Part shown: in pieces, positions 53,237-61,952 of the stretch | Layout: each line of letters opens with the position of its first letter | Position numbering within the stretch: the stretch's first letter is position 1 | Assembly (NCBI GenBank): GCA_040903985.1 | Contig: JBBDUI010000002.1 | Span: forward strand, 198,038-262,037 | Source of the DNA: Candidatus Saccharimonadales bacterium | GTDB taxonomy: Bacteria > Patescibacteriota > Saccharimonadia > QS-5-54-17 | Length of the DNA stretch: 64,000 nucleotides | Reading direction: 5' to 3' | The notes under the pieces: model-generated | Seen by the model: the letters and a program-made list of their open reading frames with translations, nothing else | Told to the model about the DNA's origin: nothing | Database searches by the model: none | Position numbers and translations under genes: made by a program

Positions 53237-56200
53237 CTAACCTTGATGGACCTTACCTTCATCGTCGATATATATCTCACCCGGTTGCAGCTTGGGAACG
53301 GCTGACTCGGTAGGGTTACTCTCAGCAGCTTCGGGCTTAAGCGGTTTTTGCTCCGGCATCACTACCCCGGTACCAAACGGCGAGACTAACGGCTCACTAC
53401 TATCATCGGGGGTAGACTCTTCCGGCGGCACTGGCTGAGGCTGTACCACGTTTGCCTCCGGAGCTTCCGACTGTTGTAGGCCTGCCTCAGCCGTTTCGCT
53501 AGACTCAGGCCTCGCCTGAGCAGCTGTAGCGGCCGACTCAGCCGGCTCTACATGGGGCTCATCCCCTGCCGGCACTAATGGAAGAACACTACTATCCGTC
53601 TGCTCCACGTCGGAACTCGCGGACGCAGTAGAGATGTCACCCTCCACTTGAGCCGGCAGCTCGGGCAAATCAGGTGACTTAGGCGTAGATTGATCTGCGT
53701 CCTCTTCCTGCTGCAGCGCGGCTGAGGGTGGCGCTGGGAAAGATAGTGGAGACGGGGGTGTAAAAGTCTGGGAGTCACCGCTAGGAGGGGATGAAGCCGG
53801 GGCAGAACTGAATGATATAGGCTCAGGAGTAGATAGGTTCGGCGACTCAGACGGTGCGGGCGGCTGAGTCTGAGCCGATTCAGATACACCGCTACTCTTA
53901 GGAGCTGCCTGGTCGGCGTAGGTGGATGTCTGCTTAGGTGAGTGATCGGTTGGTTCAAGCTGAGGTCTAGGGGCAGACTGAGAAGCCGCTTGCTGCAATG
54001 TGGCACGACGTTTATCAAGCCACTCGTCTAAGAACGAAGCTGAAGCAGCCCCCCCGCTAGCTCCTGGACTGGCGGATGGCCCGGAACCACTCCCCAATGG
54101 CGGACCGGTCGACTCCCGGGAGTTGGTGGCTAAACTCTCAAACGGACTTGGAGCCGGTTGTGAGGCTACCCGATCGAATATCTCCTTCTCTACTTCAGCC
54201 CGAGGACGACCGTACTTAGCGGCCGAAAGCTTCTTCAGCGCCTGAGCTAACTGCGGCTTAGACGAAGCTAGCGGCGGCAAGGCAGCAATGTTAAACGGCT
54301 GAGTCGGTAACCCACCGCTCATCAATCGAATCGCAGCGTTAAAGTTAGGCAGGTTGACTAGATCACGCTCGTTAAAGGCCGGAGCAAACTGCTTCACTAG
54401 AAAGTCGGCATCGGCCGGACCGGTGCGGTAGCTAATAATAGTACCGACATTACCGAAGACCGCATCGCGAATCTCATCGCTCAACTGGGAGATAAACTGG
54501 TTAGCTACGATCAGGTTCATCCGGTACTTCCGTGCCTCGGACAGAATGAAAGCAAATGACTCGGTCGAAAAGTTCTGGAACTCATCGACGTAGAGAGAGA
54601 AATCTTTTCGCTCATCTTCCGGTACATTAGCCCGGCTCATAGCGGCAGCCTGGAATTTCATAACGAAAATCATACCGAGCAGCTGAGAGTTAAGTTCACC
54701 TAGGCGCCCCTTACTAAGGTTAGCGATTAGGATCTTATTACTATCCATCAGCTCACGCAGATCGAAAGCGCTCTTAGTCTGACCGATAGTGTTACGCATC
54801 AACTGGTTACTTAAGAAGGCACCAAACTTAGAGACGAACCAACTCACCACTTCACCAAAATCGTTAGAGCGCTGAGATTGTGGCATCTCCTTTTGCCAGA
54901 ACTCGCGGACCGACTGGTCCGTCACGTGCTTGAGCTTTTGCCGCACAAACTGCGGATCGCGGAACAGCTTCGGAATATCGACGAAGGTACCGCCGGCCGG
55001 ATCGGCCATGACCGTTAATGCGGCATTACGGAACAAGTGTTCATAGCGCGGACCGATGATACCGGTATGCTGCGGGTCATACAGGCGATAAAGCATATTA
55101 ATAGCTTCCTGAATCAAGAAGTCTTTCTGATCCTCCGTCCGGTATTCAAAGATGTTCAGTCCCATCGGGGTATCCATGTTGCCGGGATCGAAATAAATAA
55201 CGTCCTCACTCCGTTCCGGTGGCACCATGCCGAGCAAACGTTCGGCCTCATCACCATGCGGATCGACGAAGGCGAAGCCCTTACCATCCATCATATCCTG
55301 CACCATCATGTTTGATAGCGCCGTCGTCTTACCGGTCCCGGTCTGCCCCACGATATAGACATGACGCCGACGGTCTTCATCGCTGAGACGAATCTCCTTC
55401 TTTACACCATGGTAGGAATTGTGGCCCAGCATCACTCCATCTTTACTGAGCCGGGTCGGTCCTTCCACCTGCTTGGAAAACTGCCGCTGCAGCTGAGTCG
55501 TCTTAGTAAACTGATCGTCCGGCAGGTGGAATAGGGTGGCTAGCTCCACGCTGTTGAGTACCATCTTAGCTCGCTCTGGCGGGAAGAAACGGAAGATAAA
55601 ATCGGTCACAAACTTCTCGATACTCTTCGCCGGCTCGAACTTGAAGCCGTTTAGTCCCGGCGCATCGAAGAGGGAGAAGGCCGAGATGACGTTATGAGTG
55701 ATCGACTGGGCTCGCGTAGCCGTGCCAGAAGAGGCGATCACTCGAATTAAAACTTCATAGCCGGAAGACTTGGTCTTCTCCTCGATCGCATCTAGCATCG
55801 ACTGCTCTAAGCTAGTTAGCTGTTTAGGAGGCTTCGGACCGCTGTCCTTGTCCCCGCTCTCTGGCGCCTTAAAGGGAGCTTGCAATAGCGACTTAGCTGA
55901 AATGCCGGACGAGCCCTTATCGTCTCGCTTCTGCTTCACGATGTGCTCGGACGACTTTGTCCAACCTTCCCGCGCCGGCCGCACCAGTATCTGCAGACTA
56001 GCTCCATCCCCCTGCTCCAAACTGGTGAGAGACTTAATCACGGCCTGCATAGCATCCCGTTTCAACTGATTAACCGTAGCGATCGGATAGGAATAAGCCT
56101 GTTTTAGCTTAATCTCACCGCCGTAGGTACCTGTAATCTTACCGGTAGCCGAAAAGATATTATGGTCTTCGACCTCTTCCAGCTGAGCGCCCGGATAGGC

Positions 56201-56590
56201 CGTCAGTATAGCCTGTTTAATCACCGCTACTAGAGCGACCGGAACCGCCGTATAGAGACGTATAACCCCGTCGATAGCTACGATCTCAAACGCTAAGTGG
56301 CGTTGGCCGAAGAACTTACTCTTGAACCCCTTCGTCGCCGTACTGGCGATCAAGTTAAACAACACCTCGGCCTGAGATATGCGCTCCTGGATAACGTCAC
56401 GCACATCGCGACCACCAACCTCTACATCTTCACTGGAGGGCGGCAAATTAATTAAGATCGGCACCATTTTAATACCGCGTTCTACCCCCTTAGCAAAGCG
56501 GAGGCCCTTACGGTAGACGATAAAGCCGGCCCCAGCCAGAGCAAGAATGATAATCAGAACGGTTGAGAAAATGATCAGCGCGTCCATCAC
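53237..56590 (-). CDS. type IV secretion coupling-protein-like (TraD/VirD4/TrwB-type) P-loop ATPase with an N-terminal TM, a novel about 400-aa N-domain and an about 350-aa Ser/Pro/Ala/Glu-rich disordered C-terminal tail
   Basis: Walker A YIVGQTGTGKTT is followed 20 aa later by FVDPHGDEAE (the DPKGD-like motif). Walker B is LYVDEFQNF. This is an orphan: no other T4SS genes are nearby. Confidence 0.45.
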   Translation of the reverse strand: MMDALIIFSTVLIIILALAGAGFIVYRKGLRFAKGVERGIKMVPILINLPPSSEDVEVGGRDVRDVIQERISQAEVLFNLIASTATKGFKSKFFGQRHLAFEIVAIDGVIRLYTAVPVALVAVIKQAILTAYPGAQLEEVEDHNIFSATGKITGTYGGEIKLKQAYSYPIATVNQLKRDAMQAVIKSLTSLEQGDGASLQILVRPAREGWTKSSEHIVKQKRDDKGSSGISAKSLLQAPFKAPESGDKDSGPKPPKQLTSLEQSMLDAIEEKTKSSGYEVLIRVIASSGTATRAQSITHNVISAFSLFDAPGLNGFKFEPAKSIEKFVTDFIFRFFPPERAKMVLNSVELATLFHLPDDQFTKTTQLQRQFSKQVEGPTRLSKDGVMLGHNSYHGVKKEIRLSDEDRRRHVYIVGQTGTGKTTALSNMMVQDMMDGKGFAFVDPHGDEAERLLGMVPPERSEDVIYFDPGNMDTPMGLNIFEYRTEDQKDFLIQEAINMLYRLYDPQHTGIIGPRYEHLFRNAALTVMADPAGGTFVDIPKLFRDPQFVRQKLKHVTDQSVREFWQKEMPQSQRSNDFGEVVSWFVSKFGAFLSNQLMRNTIGQTKSAFDLRELMDSNKILIANLSKGRLGELNSQLLGMIFVMKFQAAAMSRANVPEDERKDFSLYVDEFQNFSTESFAFILSEARKYRMNLIVANQFISQLSDEIRDAVFGNVGTIISYRTGPADADFLVKQFAPAFNERDLVNLPNFNAAIRLMSGGLPTQPFNIAALPPLASSKPQLAQALKKLSAAKYGRPRAEVEKEIFDRVASQPAPSPFESLATNSRESTGPPLGSGSGPSASPGASGGAASASFLDEWLDKRRATLQQAASQSAPRPQLEPTDHSPKQTSTYADQAAPKSSGVSESAQTQPPAPSESPNLSTPEPISFSSAPASSPPSGDSQTFTPPSPLSFPAPPSAALQQEEDADQSTPKSPDLPELPAQVEGDISTASASSDVEQTDSSVLPLVPAGDEPHVEPAESAATAAQARPESSETAEAGLQQSEAPEANVVQPQPVPPEESTPDDSSEPLVSPFGTGVVMPEQKPLKPEAAESNPTESAVPKLQPGEIYIDDEGKVHQG

Positions 56591-56605
56591 CCTAGCTACC
56601 TCCGA

Positions 56606-57064
56606 TTATCGCGTTGCTTTAATATCACGGCCGTAACGCTTCTTGTGGTACTCGATCTGGAGCTGCTCAAACGCTTGCTCCTGCGCCCTAGGATCGTCTT
56701 TCGTCTCCTTGATAATCTGTTTCGCCTTTTCGACCCAAGCCTTCTCTATCACGTCAACATCGTCGGCCGCTGTGGCCGGAGTACTGGCCGGCGGTACAGG
56801 AGTCGGTTGAGTCGGTGTCGGCAGTGGCGCTGGCTGAGCGGTCGGCAGCACTATCTGAGCGTCCGTCACGTCTCGCTCCACCGCCTCTTCAGCCTGACGT
56901 TCGGCCCCATTCGGCAACTGTTCGTCAGCTGTATTGAGCTTTTCGGCTTCTAGCTGAGGAAATATCTGCTCTGATGAAGGTGGAAGCGACTCTGGGGAGT
57001 TCGGTGGTTGATTCATACTGGCCTTAGTATAGCTTGTCGAGTGAGGACTGGACAAGGTCGCCAC
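56606..57064 (-). CDS. hypothetical Pro-rich protein
   Basis: 152-aa ORF with a conserved-looking basic C-terminus (KAWVEKAKQIIKETKDDPRAQEQAFEQLQIEYHKKRYG). No assignment made. Confidence 0.4.
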   Translation of the reverse strand: MATLSSPHSTSYTKASMNQPPNSPESLPPSSEQIFPQLEAEKLNTADEQLPNGAERQAEEAVERDVTDAQIVLPTAQPAPLPTPTQPTPVPPASTPATAADDVDVIEKAWVEKAKQIIKETKDDPRAQEQAFEQLQIEYHKKRYGRDIKATR

Positions 57065-57126
57065 CTCTCACCCTGACAGCTAGCCAAATCTGGTCAGCTG
57101 AAAGATCGGTGAGATAGATGATAACT

Positions 57127-59895
57127 TTAGAGTTCAAGTTCGGCGTCAAGGTCCTGTTTCACCACTGTAGCAATCTGCTGCAACCGCTGCTGGATATCCT
57201 GCTCATTCAAAGTCTTGGCGTGAGCCTGCAGCTCTAGATGAACCGTAATCACTCGACCAGACTCCCGTTGAAACTCGTCCTGATAGGTGACGACCACGTC
57301 CTCTACCTGAGATAGGCTAACAGCCAACTGCTGCCAAGTGACTTTATCTGGCACCATGACGGCTATATCCCGGTAACTGCTTTGATACCGTGGTAACGGC
57401 TCAAACCGCGCCGACTGCCATAGCTCTAGCAGTCGCACCACGTCGAGCTCGACCACTGCTACCGCATTGCGTAATTTCTGATTCTGCATAATTTTTGAAT
57501 GCAGTTCGCCGTAACAGCCGATCGCTACCCCGTCCACCTCAAGTGTCACTTGGCGAGCTGGGTGCAAGCTTGGATTGTCATGGCTGGTAACGAACTGAGG
57601 GGTGATCTGCAGTAAGCGCATAATCTGGTCGATATCACTCTTTACCCGCAGACGAGCCTCATCCTGCTGCCAGGCTAGGGCTAGCATCGTGTGCTCCAGT
57701 GGCAGCATCTCATCTGAGCGCGGCGTATAGGTACGGGCGATTTCAAATACGCCAAAGTTATCCTTATATGTAGTATTATCTACTACGGCTTTCAACAAGG
57801 TAGGTAGTAAACTCTGCCGCAAATAGGCCTGCTCCTGACTACGAGGATTTTTCAACTTCAGGTGGTTTTGGCCGGTAATCTTGTAGTTGGCTAGGTCGAC
57901 CTCGCTGATGAACGGATAGGTCGTCACCTCAAATAGACCCCGACCCCGCAAGAGCTGACGCAACTCATTTAGTCGACTCCAGTAGTGATCGACTAAACCC
58001 TTCTCCTTTGGTCTCCAGGCAGGCAAAGTGGCCTCGAGATTATCCAGTCCGTATAGCTTAATCACCTCTTCAGCGATGTCGGCCTCGTCACGCAAATCAG
58101 GTCGCCACCAAGGAGCTGTCACTTGCACATACTGCTCTAGGTCACCTACATAACGGCGAGCTCCCAAAAACTGGCTATCCTGGCTCATCTGTTCTAGTGA
58201 TAACTCTACTACCTGTTGTTCCTCGACCGGTAGCTCTTCCCACTCATCAGCTTGATTACGCACATTGTTACGGGCATCAATGATCTTACCTTCACCGATA
58301 TAGAGCGCTACATGTGAAACTCCCTCGCGTTCGACCTCATCTAGTTGAACCCAGGGGCCACCCCGGAAGACGAGATCACCAGGACGCAAATCAGCCAGCT
58401 CCACCGCGGTACCACTCGTATACTGAGCATGAGCTGTATGGCCGATCTTAATCCCAATCAACGAGTAGATATAGTCCACTAGATACGAGCAGTCGAAAGC
58501 TTTAACCCCATCGGTCTTAAAGCTGGCACCCAACTTATACGGTTTAGCGAGGTGCTTACGAGCTTCTAGGGCAATATCGAACGGCTCGGCATCGATCTGG
58601 AGATGACGCAGGTAGTCGGACACCTCCTCACGCTCTAACTTCACTCCCAATAGCTGTTGCAGGCGAGGAGACCGGACACCTATATGCTGGACCCAGGGCC
58701 AGATGTTCAATTCATTCTGGTATGCTGTCAGCTCGGCTCCAGCATACTCCTGCAGTAGATGTACCGCGTAACGTAGCGCGGGACGAACGGCCTGTACCGG
58801 TAAACCACGCTCAAACCGAGCACTTGCCTCAGTTCTTAGGCCGTGGCGCTTAGCCGACTTACGTACTAGTACATCCGAGAAAGTAGCGGCCTCGACTAGT
58901 ATCTCCTGCGTATTATCACCGATTTCAGCCGTCTCACCCCCCATAATTCCAGCTAGTGCGACTGGGTGCTTACCACTGGCTACCACTATATCCTCGCTAG
59001 CTAAGGCTCGCTTTACTCCATCCAGAGTCGTTAGTACTTCGCCGTTGGTAGCAAAACGTAGCGTCAGCGGACCCTTCACTTGAGCCGCATCGAAAGCATG
59101 CAGAGGTTGGCCGGTCTCAAGCATCACATAATTTGTAACATCGACTACGACATTAATGGGGCGGACCCCCGCTAGGCGCAGCCGGCGTTGCATCCAGGGT
59201 GGTGAAGCAGCGACTTTTTGCGGAAGCTTAAGCTTAAGTAAGCCATAGCAGGACACTTCCTCTTTAGCTTGATTAGTAAATAAATTAGTAACCCGCTGAC
59301 CGGCAGGTGGCGCCTGGACTATCTGCTCGATTAAATCTGTAGCCGGAGTGTGAGCGGCCACCTCCCGAGCTAAGCCGACATAACTCTGGAGGTCCCAGCG
59401 ATTAGCGGCCGTCTTAATATCGACTACGCTCTGCTCAGCATTAAAAACTTCACGCAAAGGCAGGTCGGCCGCTACCTCAGTACCGAGATCAAGCAGACCC
59501 TCATGACTACCGCCTAGCCCCAGCTCCAACTCACTACATAGCATACCGTAGGAATCGTGACCGCGGATCTTGGCTTGAGTAATCTCAGTTCCGTCAGGCA
59601 GCACAGCCCCTAATTGAGCGAAAACCACTCGCTGCCCTACGTAAAGGTTTGGAGCGCCACATACTACCTGATACTTCTTACTACCCGATTTGACGGTCGC
59701 TACCTGCAACCGATCGGCGTTGGGATGTGGTTTGACCTCTACTACGGTGGCGGTAACGATACGAGAATCAAACTCTGGTGGCTGGATCACCTCCTCTACT
59801 TCTATACCGGCCCGCTCCAGTGCCGCCACCATCTCCGCTACTCCTAACGGCTCACTAAGGTGTTGATTTAGCCATTCACTCACTATCTTCACCAT
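57127..59895 (-). CDS. pheT: phenylalanyl-tRNA synthetase beta subunit carrying an inserted NlpC/P60 (papain-like cysteine peptidase) domain
   Basis: N-terminal tRNA-binding domain, B3/B4 (TAANRWDL...) and B5 (WWRPDL...EEVIKLYGLDNL). Within B5 there is a roughly 150-aa insert: ...KAFDCSYLVDYIYSLIGIKIGHTAHAQY...PGDLVFRGG...VSHVALYIGEGKIIDARN. Confidence 0.9.
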   Translation of the reverse strand: MVKIVSEWLNQHLSEPLGVAEMVAALERAGIEVEEVIQPPEFDSRIVTATVVEVKPHPNADRLQVATVKSGSKKYQVVCGAPNLYVGQRVVFAQLGAVLPDGTEITQAKIRGHDSYGMLCSELELGLGGSHEGLLDLGTEVAADLPLREVFNAEQSVVDIKTAANRWDLQSYVGLAREVAAHTPATDLIEQIVQAPPAGQRVTNLFTNQAKEEVSCYGLLKLKLPQKVAASPPWMQRRLRLAGVRPINVVVDVTNYVMLETGQPLHAFDAAQVKGPLTLRFATNGEVLTTLDGVKRALASEDIVVASGKHPVALAGIMGGETAEIGDNTQEILVEAATFSDVLVRKSAKRHGLRTEASARFERGLPVQAVRPALRYAVHLLQEYAGAELTAYQNELNIWPWVQHIGVRSPRLQQLLGVKLEREEVSDYLRHLQIDAEPFDIALEARKHLAKPYKLGASFKTDGVKAFDCSYLVDYIYSLIGIKIGHTAHAQYTSGTAVELADLRPGDLVFRGGPWVQLDEVEREGVSHVALYIGEGKIIDARNNVRNQADEWEELPVEEQQVVELSLEQMSQDSQFLGARRYVGDLEQYVQVTAPWWRPDLRDEADIAEEVIKLYGLDNLEATLPAWRPKEKGLVDHYWSRLNELRQLLRGRGLFEVTTYPFISEVDLANYKITGQNHLKLKNPRSQEQAYLRQSLLPTLLKAVVDNTTYKDNFGVFEIARTYTPRSDEMLPLEHTMLALAWQQDEARLRVKSDIDQIMRLLQITPQFVTSHDNPSLHPARQVTLEVDGVAIGCYGELHSKIMQNQKLRNAVAVVELDVVRLLELWQSARFEPLPRYQSSYRDIAVMVPDKVTWQQLAVSLSQVEDVVVTYQDEFQRESGRVITVHLELQAHAKTLNEQDIQQRLQQIATVVKQDLDAELEL

Positions 59896-59897
59896 GA

Positions 59898-60920
59898 TTA
59901 GAACTGCTCCAGGAATTTAAGGTTAGGGCGCCACAGGTCTCGTAGGTCTGGTAGCTGGTACTTTATAGCCGCGATCCGTTCCAGACCGAAACCGAAGGCA
60001 AACCCCGTATATATCTCCGGATCGATACCCACATTGCGGAAGACTTGGGCGTGCACCATCCCAGCCCCGCCCAGCTCCACCCAGCCAGTACCTTTGCAGA
60101 CTCGGCAGCCAGCTTGACTAGCTTCATTACAGTTCTGACAACTAGCGTCCATCTCAACGGAAGGTTCAGTGTAAGGAAAATAATTCGGACGCAGTCGCAA
60201 CTCAGTGTCCTCACCGAAGATACCTTTTAGCATATACTCGAGAGTGCCCTTGAGGTCGCCCATACTAATGCCCCTATCGACTACTAAACCTTCCAGCTGG
60301 CGGAAACTCCAGATGTGGGTAGCGTCCTCATCCTCGTTGCGGTAGACCTTGCCTGGGGCGATGATACGAATCGGCGGCTTATGGGTCTCCATGTGGCGAA
60401 TCTGCACACTAGAGGTATGGGTTCGCGGAATCGATCCATTCTCTAAATAAAAAGTATCCTGCATATCGCGGGCTGGATGATGGGGACCGATGTTAAGCGC
60501 CTCGAAGCAGTACCAGTCGGTTTCGATCTCTGGACCCGTTACCGCCTGGAAGCCAAGCTGCCAGAACAGCTCCACCATCTCATGCTGCAGACTCTCCACC
60601 GGGTGCAGGCGACCGATAGCAGGCCCTACACCGGGCCGAGTCATATCGATAAACTCACTACTCTCACTCTCCAGCTGTTTAGCCTGCAGATCATCCAGTC
60701 GCTTATCTAAGGCAATTTGTAAATCCATCTTAAGTTTATTTAGCTGCTGACCAGCTCGCGCCCGTTCCTGCTCCGGTAGCTCACTAATACCACGCAACTC
60801 CGTGGTCACTACCCCTTTACGACCCAAATACTCGACCCGTAGGTCCTCGACCTCAGCTGCGGTCTCGGCTGACTTCAACTTTTTATTTAATTCTTTAAGA
60901 ATATCGCCGGTATGACTCAT
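59898..60920 (-). CDS. pheS: phenylalanyl-tRNA synthetase alpha subunit
   Basis: Class II motifs (FPYTEPS, GAGMVH) and an extra Cys4 cluster (CQNC...CRVC) before motif 3. Confidence 0.9.
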   Translation of the reverse strand: MSHTGDILKELNKKLKSAETAAEVEDLRVEYLGRKGVVTTELRGISELPEQERARAGQQLNKLKMDLQIALDKRLDDLQAKQLESESSEFIDMTRPGVGPAIGRLHPVESLQHEMVELFWQLGFQAVTGPEIETDWYCFEALNIGPHHPARDMQDTFYLENGSIPRTHTSSVQIRHMETHKPPIRIIAPGKVYRNEDEDATHIWSFRQLEGLVVDRGISMGDLKGTLEYMLKGIFGEDTELRLRPNYFPYTEPSVEMDASCQNCNEASQAGCRVCKGTGWVELGGAGMVHAQVFRNVGIDPEIYTGFAFGFGLERIAAIKYQLPDLRDLWRPNLKFLEQF

Positions 60921-61273
60921 CGTTGGACTCGCTGCATATAAAAATCGATTAACACCCCTAAAACTGTTAAGAGAATGATATCTCTAATACTCAGCTGGCG
61001 CAAACTACTGAGCGCCAGTAATGCCACCACCCAGAGACTAGCGAGAAAACTTCGGCGGAGCGCCAGCAGGAAACCGGCCCGACTTCGTTCGTAGCGCCAC
61101 CGCAGTAAACCAAGCATCAGCAAGCCCGTGAATGCCACCAGCAAGGCGCTGAACCAAGCCGTTAACCCGAAAGGACCGAGTGAATCCGGGTTGGTCAAAA
61201 ACAGACTCATTAGCAGACCACCGAAGAGGAGGGCGGTCACGATCCGCACTAGAGCTATCGCCTTATTCAACAT
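60917..61273 (-). CDS. hypothetical membrane protein (4 TM)
   Basis: 118-aa hydrophobic ORF, overlapping by 4 nt and apparently co-transcribed with pheS. Confidence 0.45.
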   Translation of the reverse strand: MLNKAIALVRIVTALLFGGLLMSLFLTNPDSLGPFGLTAWFSALLVAFTGLLMLGLLRWRYERSRAGFLLALRRSFLASLWVVALLALSSLRQLSIRDIILLTVLGVLIDFYMQRVQR

Positions 61274-61330
61274 AACTTTCAGTATACCAGTCTCGACCCT
61301 AGGCGACGACTAAAACTTAGCACCGCGGCA

Positions 61331-61366
61331 ATAAAATAAAATTCCCGGCACTAAGCCGGGATATAG
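61331..61366 (-). terminator. intrinsic terminator (minus strand)
   Basis: The minus strand CCCGGCTTAGTGCCGGG hairpin is followed by AATTTTATTTTATT. Confidence 0.7.
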
Positions 61367-61489
61367 GTTATAAAAATGAATAGACGAGACGACAAAACCG
61401 CCCAAAAACAAAAGTATGTAGCGCTTGTCGCCCCGCCATAATCGGTCGGCCGCTCTCCTATCTTGCGATAAGTGCAGGCCAGACTTCTC

Positions 61490-61690
61490 GCCCTCCAGCA
61501 AGCGAATGCTTTATGGGCGTTGACTCATCGCTATAGTACCCGAAGGTAAGTGAGCGAGGTTGACGTTCGCCCTACCCAAGGGGGTTTGGTAAGGCCAAGC
61601 TGAGCACTAGCTTGGCGCTCAGGTTGACCCTACCTAGGGCGAACGTCCGAAAAGGAGGTGGACTATCCGGCAAAGTTTCCCTTGCTGGAT
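61490..61690. ncRNA. candidate structured non-coding RNA of unknown class
   Basis: Nested long-range pairings: CCAGCAAG (61492) with CTTGCTGG (61685); GACGTTCGCCCTA (61567) with TAGGGCGAACGTC (61645); and an inner hairpin GCCAAGCT-GAGCACT-AGCTTGGC. It contains two related arms AGGTTGAC...CCCTACCNAGGG. There is no ORF, and a minus-strand terminator follows about 120 nt on. Confidence 0.4.
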
Positions 61691-61952
61691 ATTTGTTAAA
61701 GTGGGCTTTTAATTTTTATGTAACTTGTTTGTGTTAACTAAAAGCTTAGGTACAAGTTAGCACAAGGGTTAAGAGTTGTCAATACTCTAAGCCTAAAATA
61801 ATGTAGAATATTTGACTACAGCTAATCTGTTATAAATTAATAAAAGCATTTATTAATTTATCTATAAGACCTAGGATAAAATTCTAGGTATACCAGCAAA
61901 TACTCTTAAAATCGAACGAACAACTAGTTTATAGCTGTGAGTCGATTGCTAC

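Noticed and set aside
61310-61501. 63-aa ORF
   Set aside because: A canonical minus-strand intrinsic terminator (61331-61366) lies inside it. The region is better explained as non-coding or a structured RNA.
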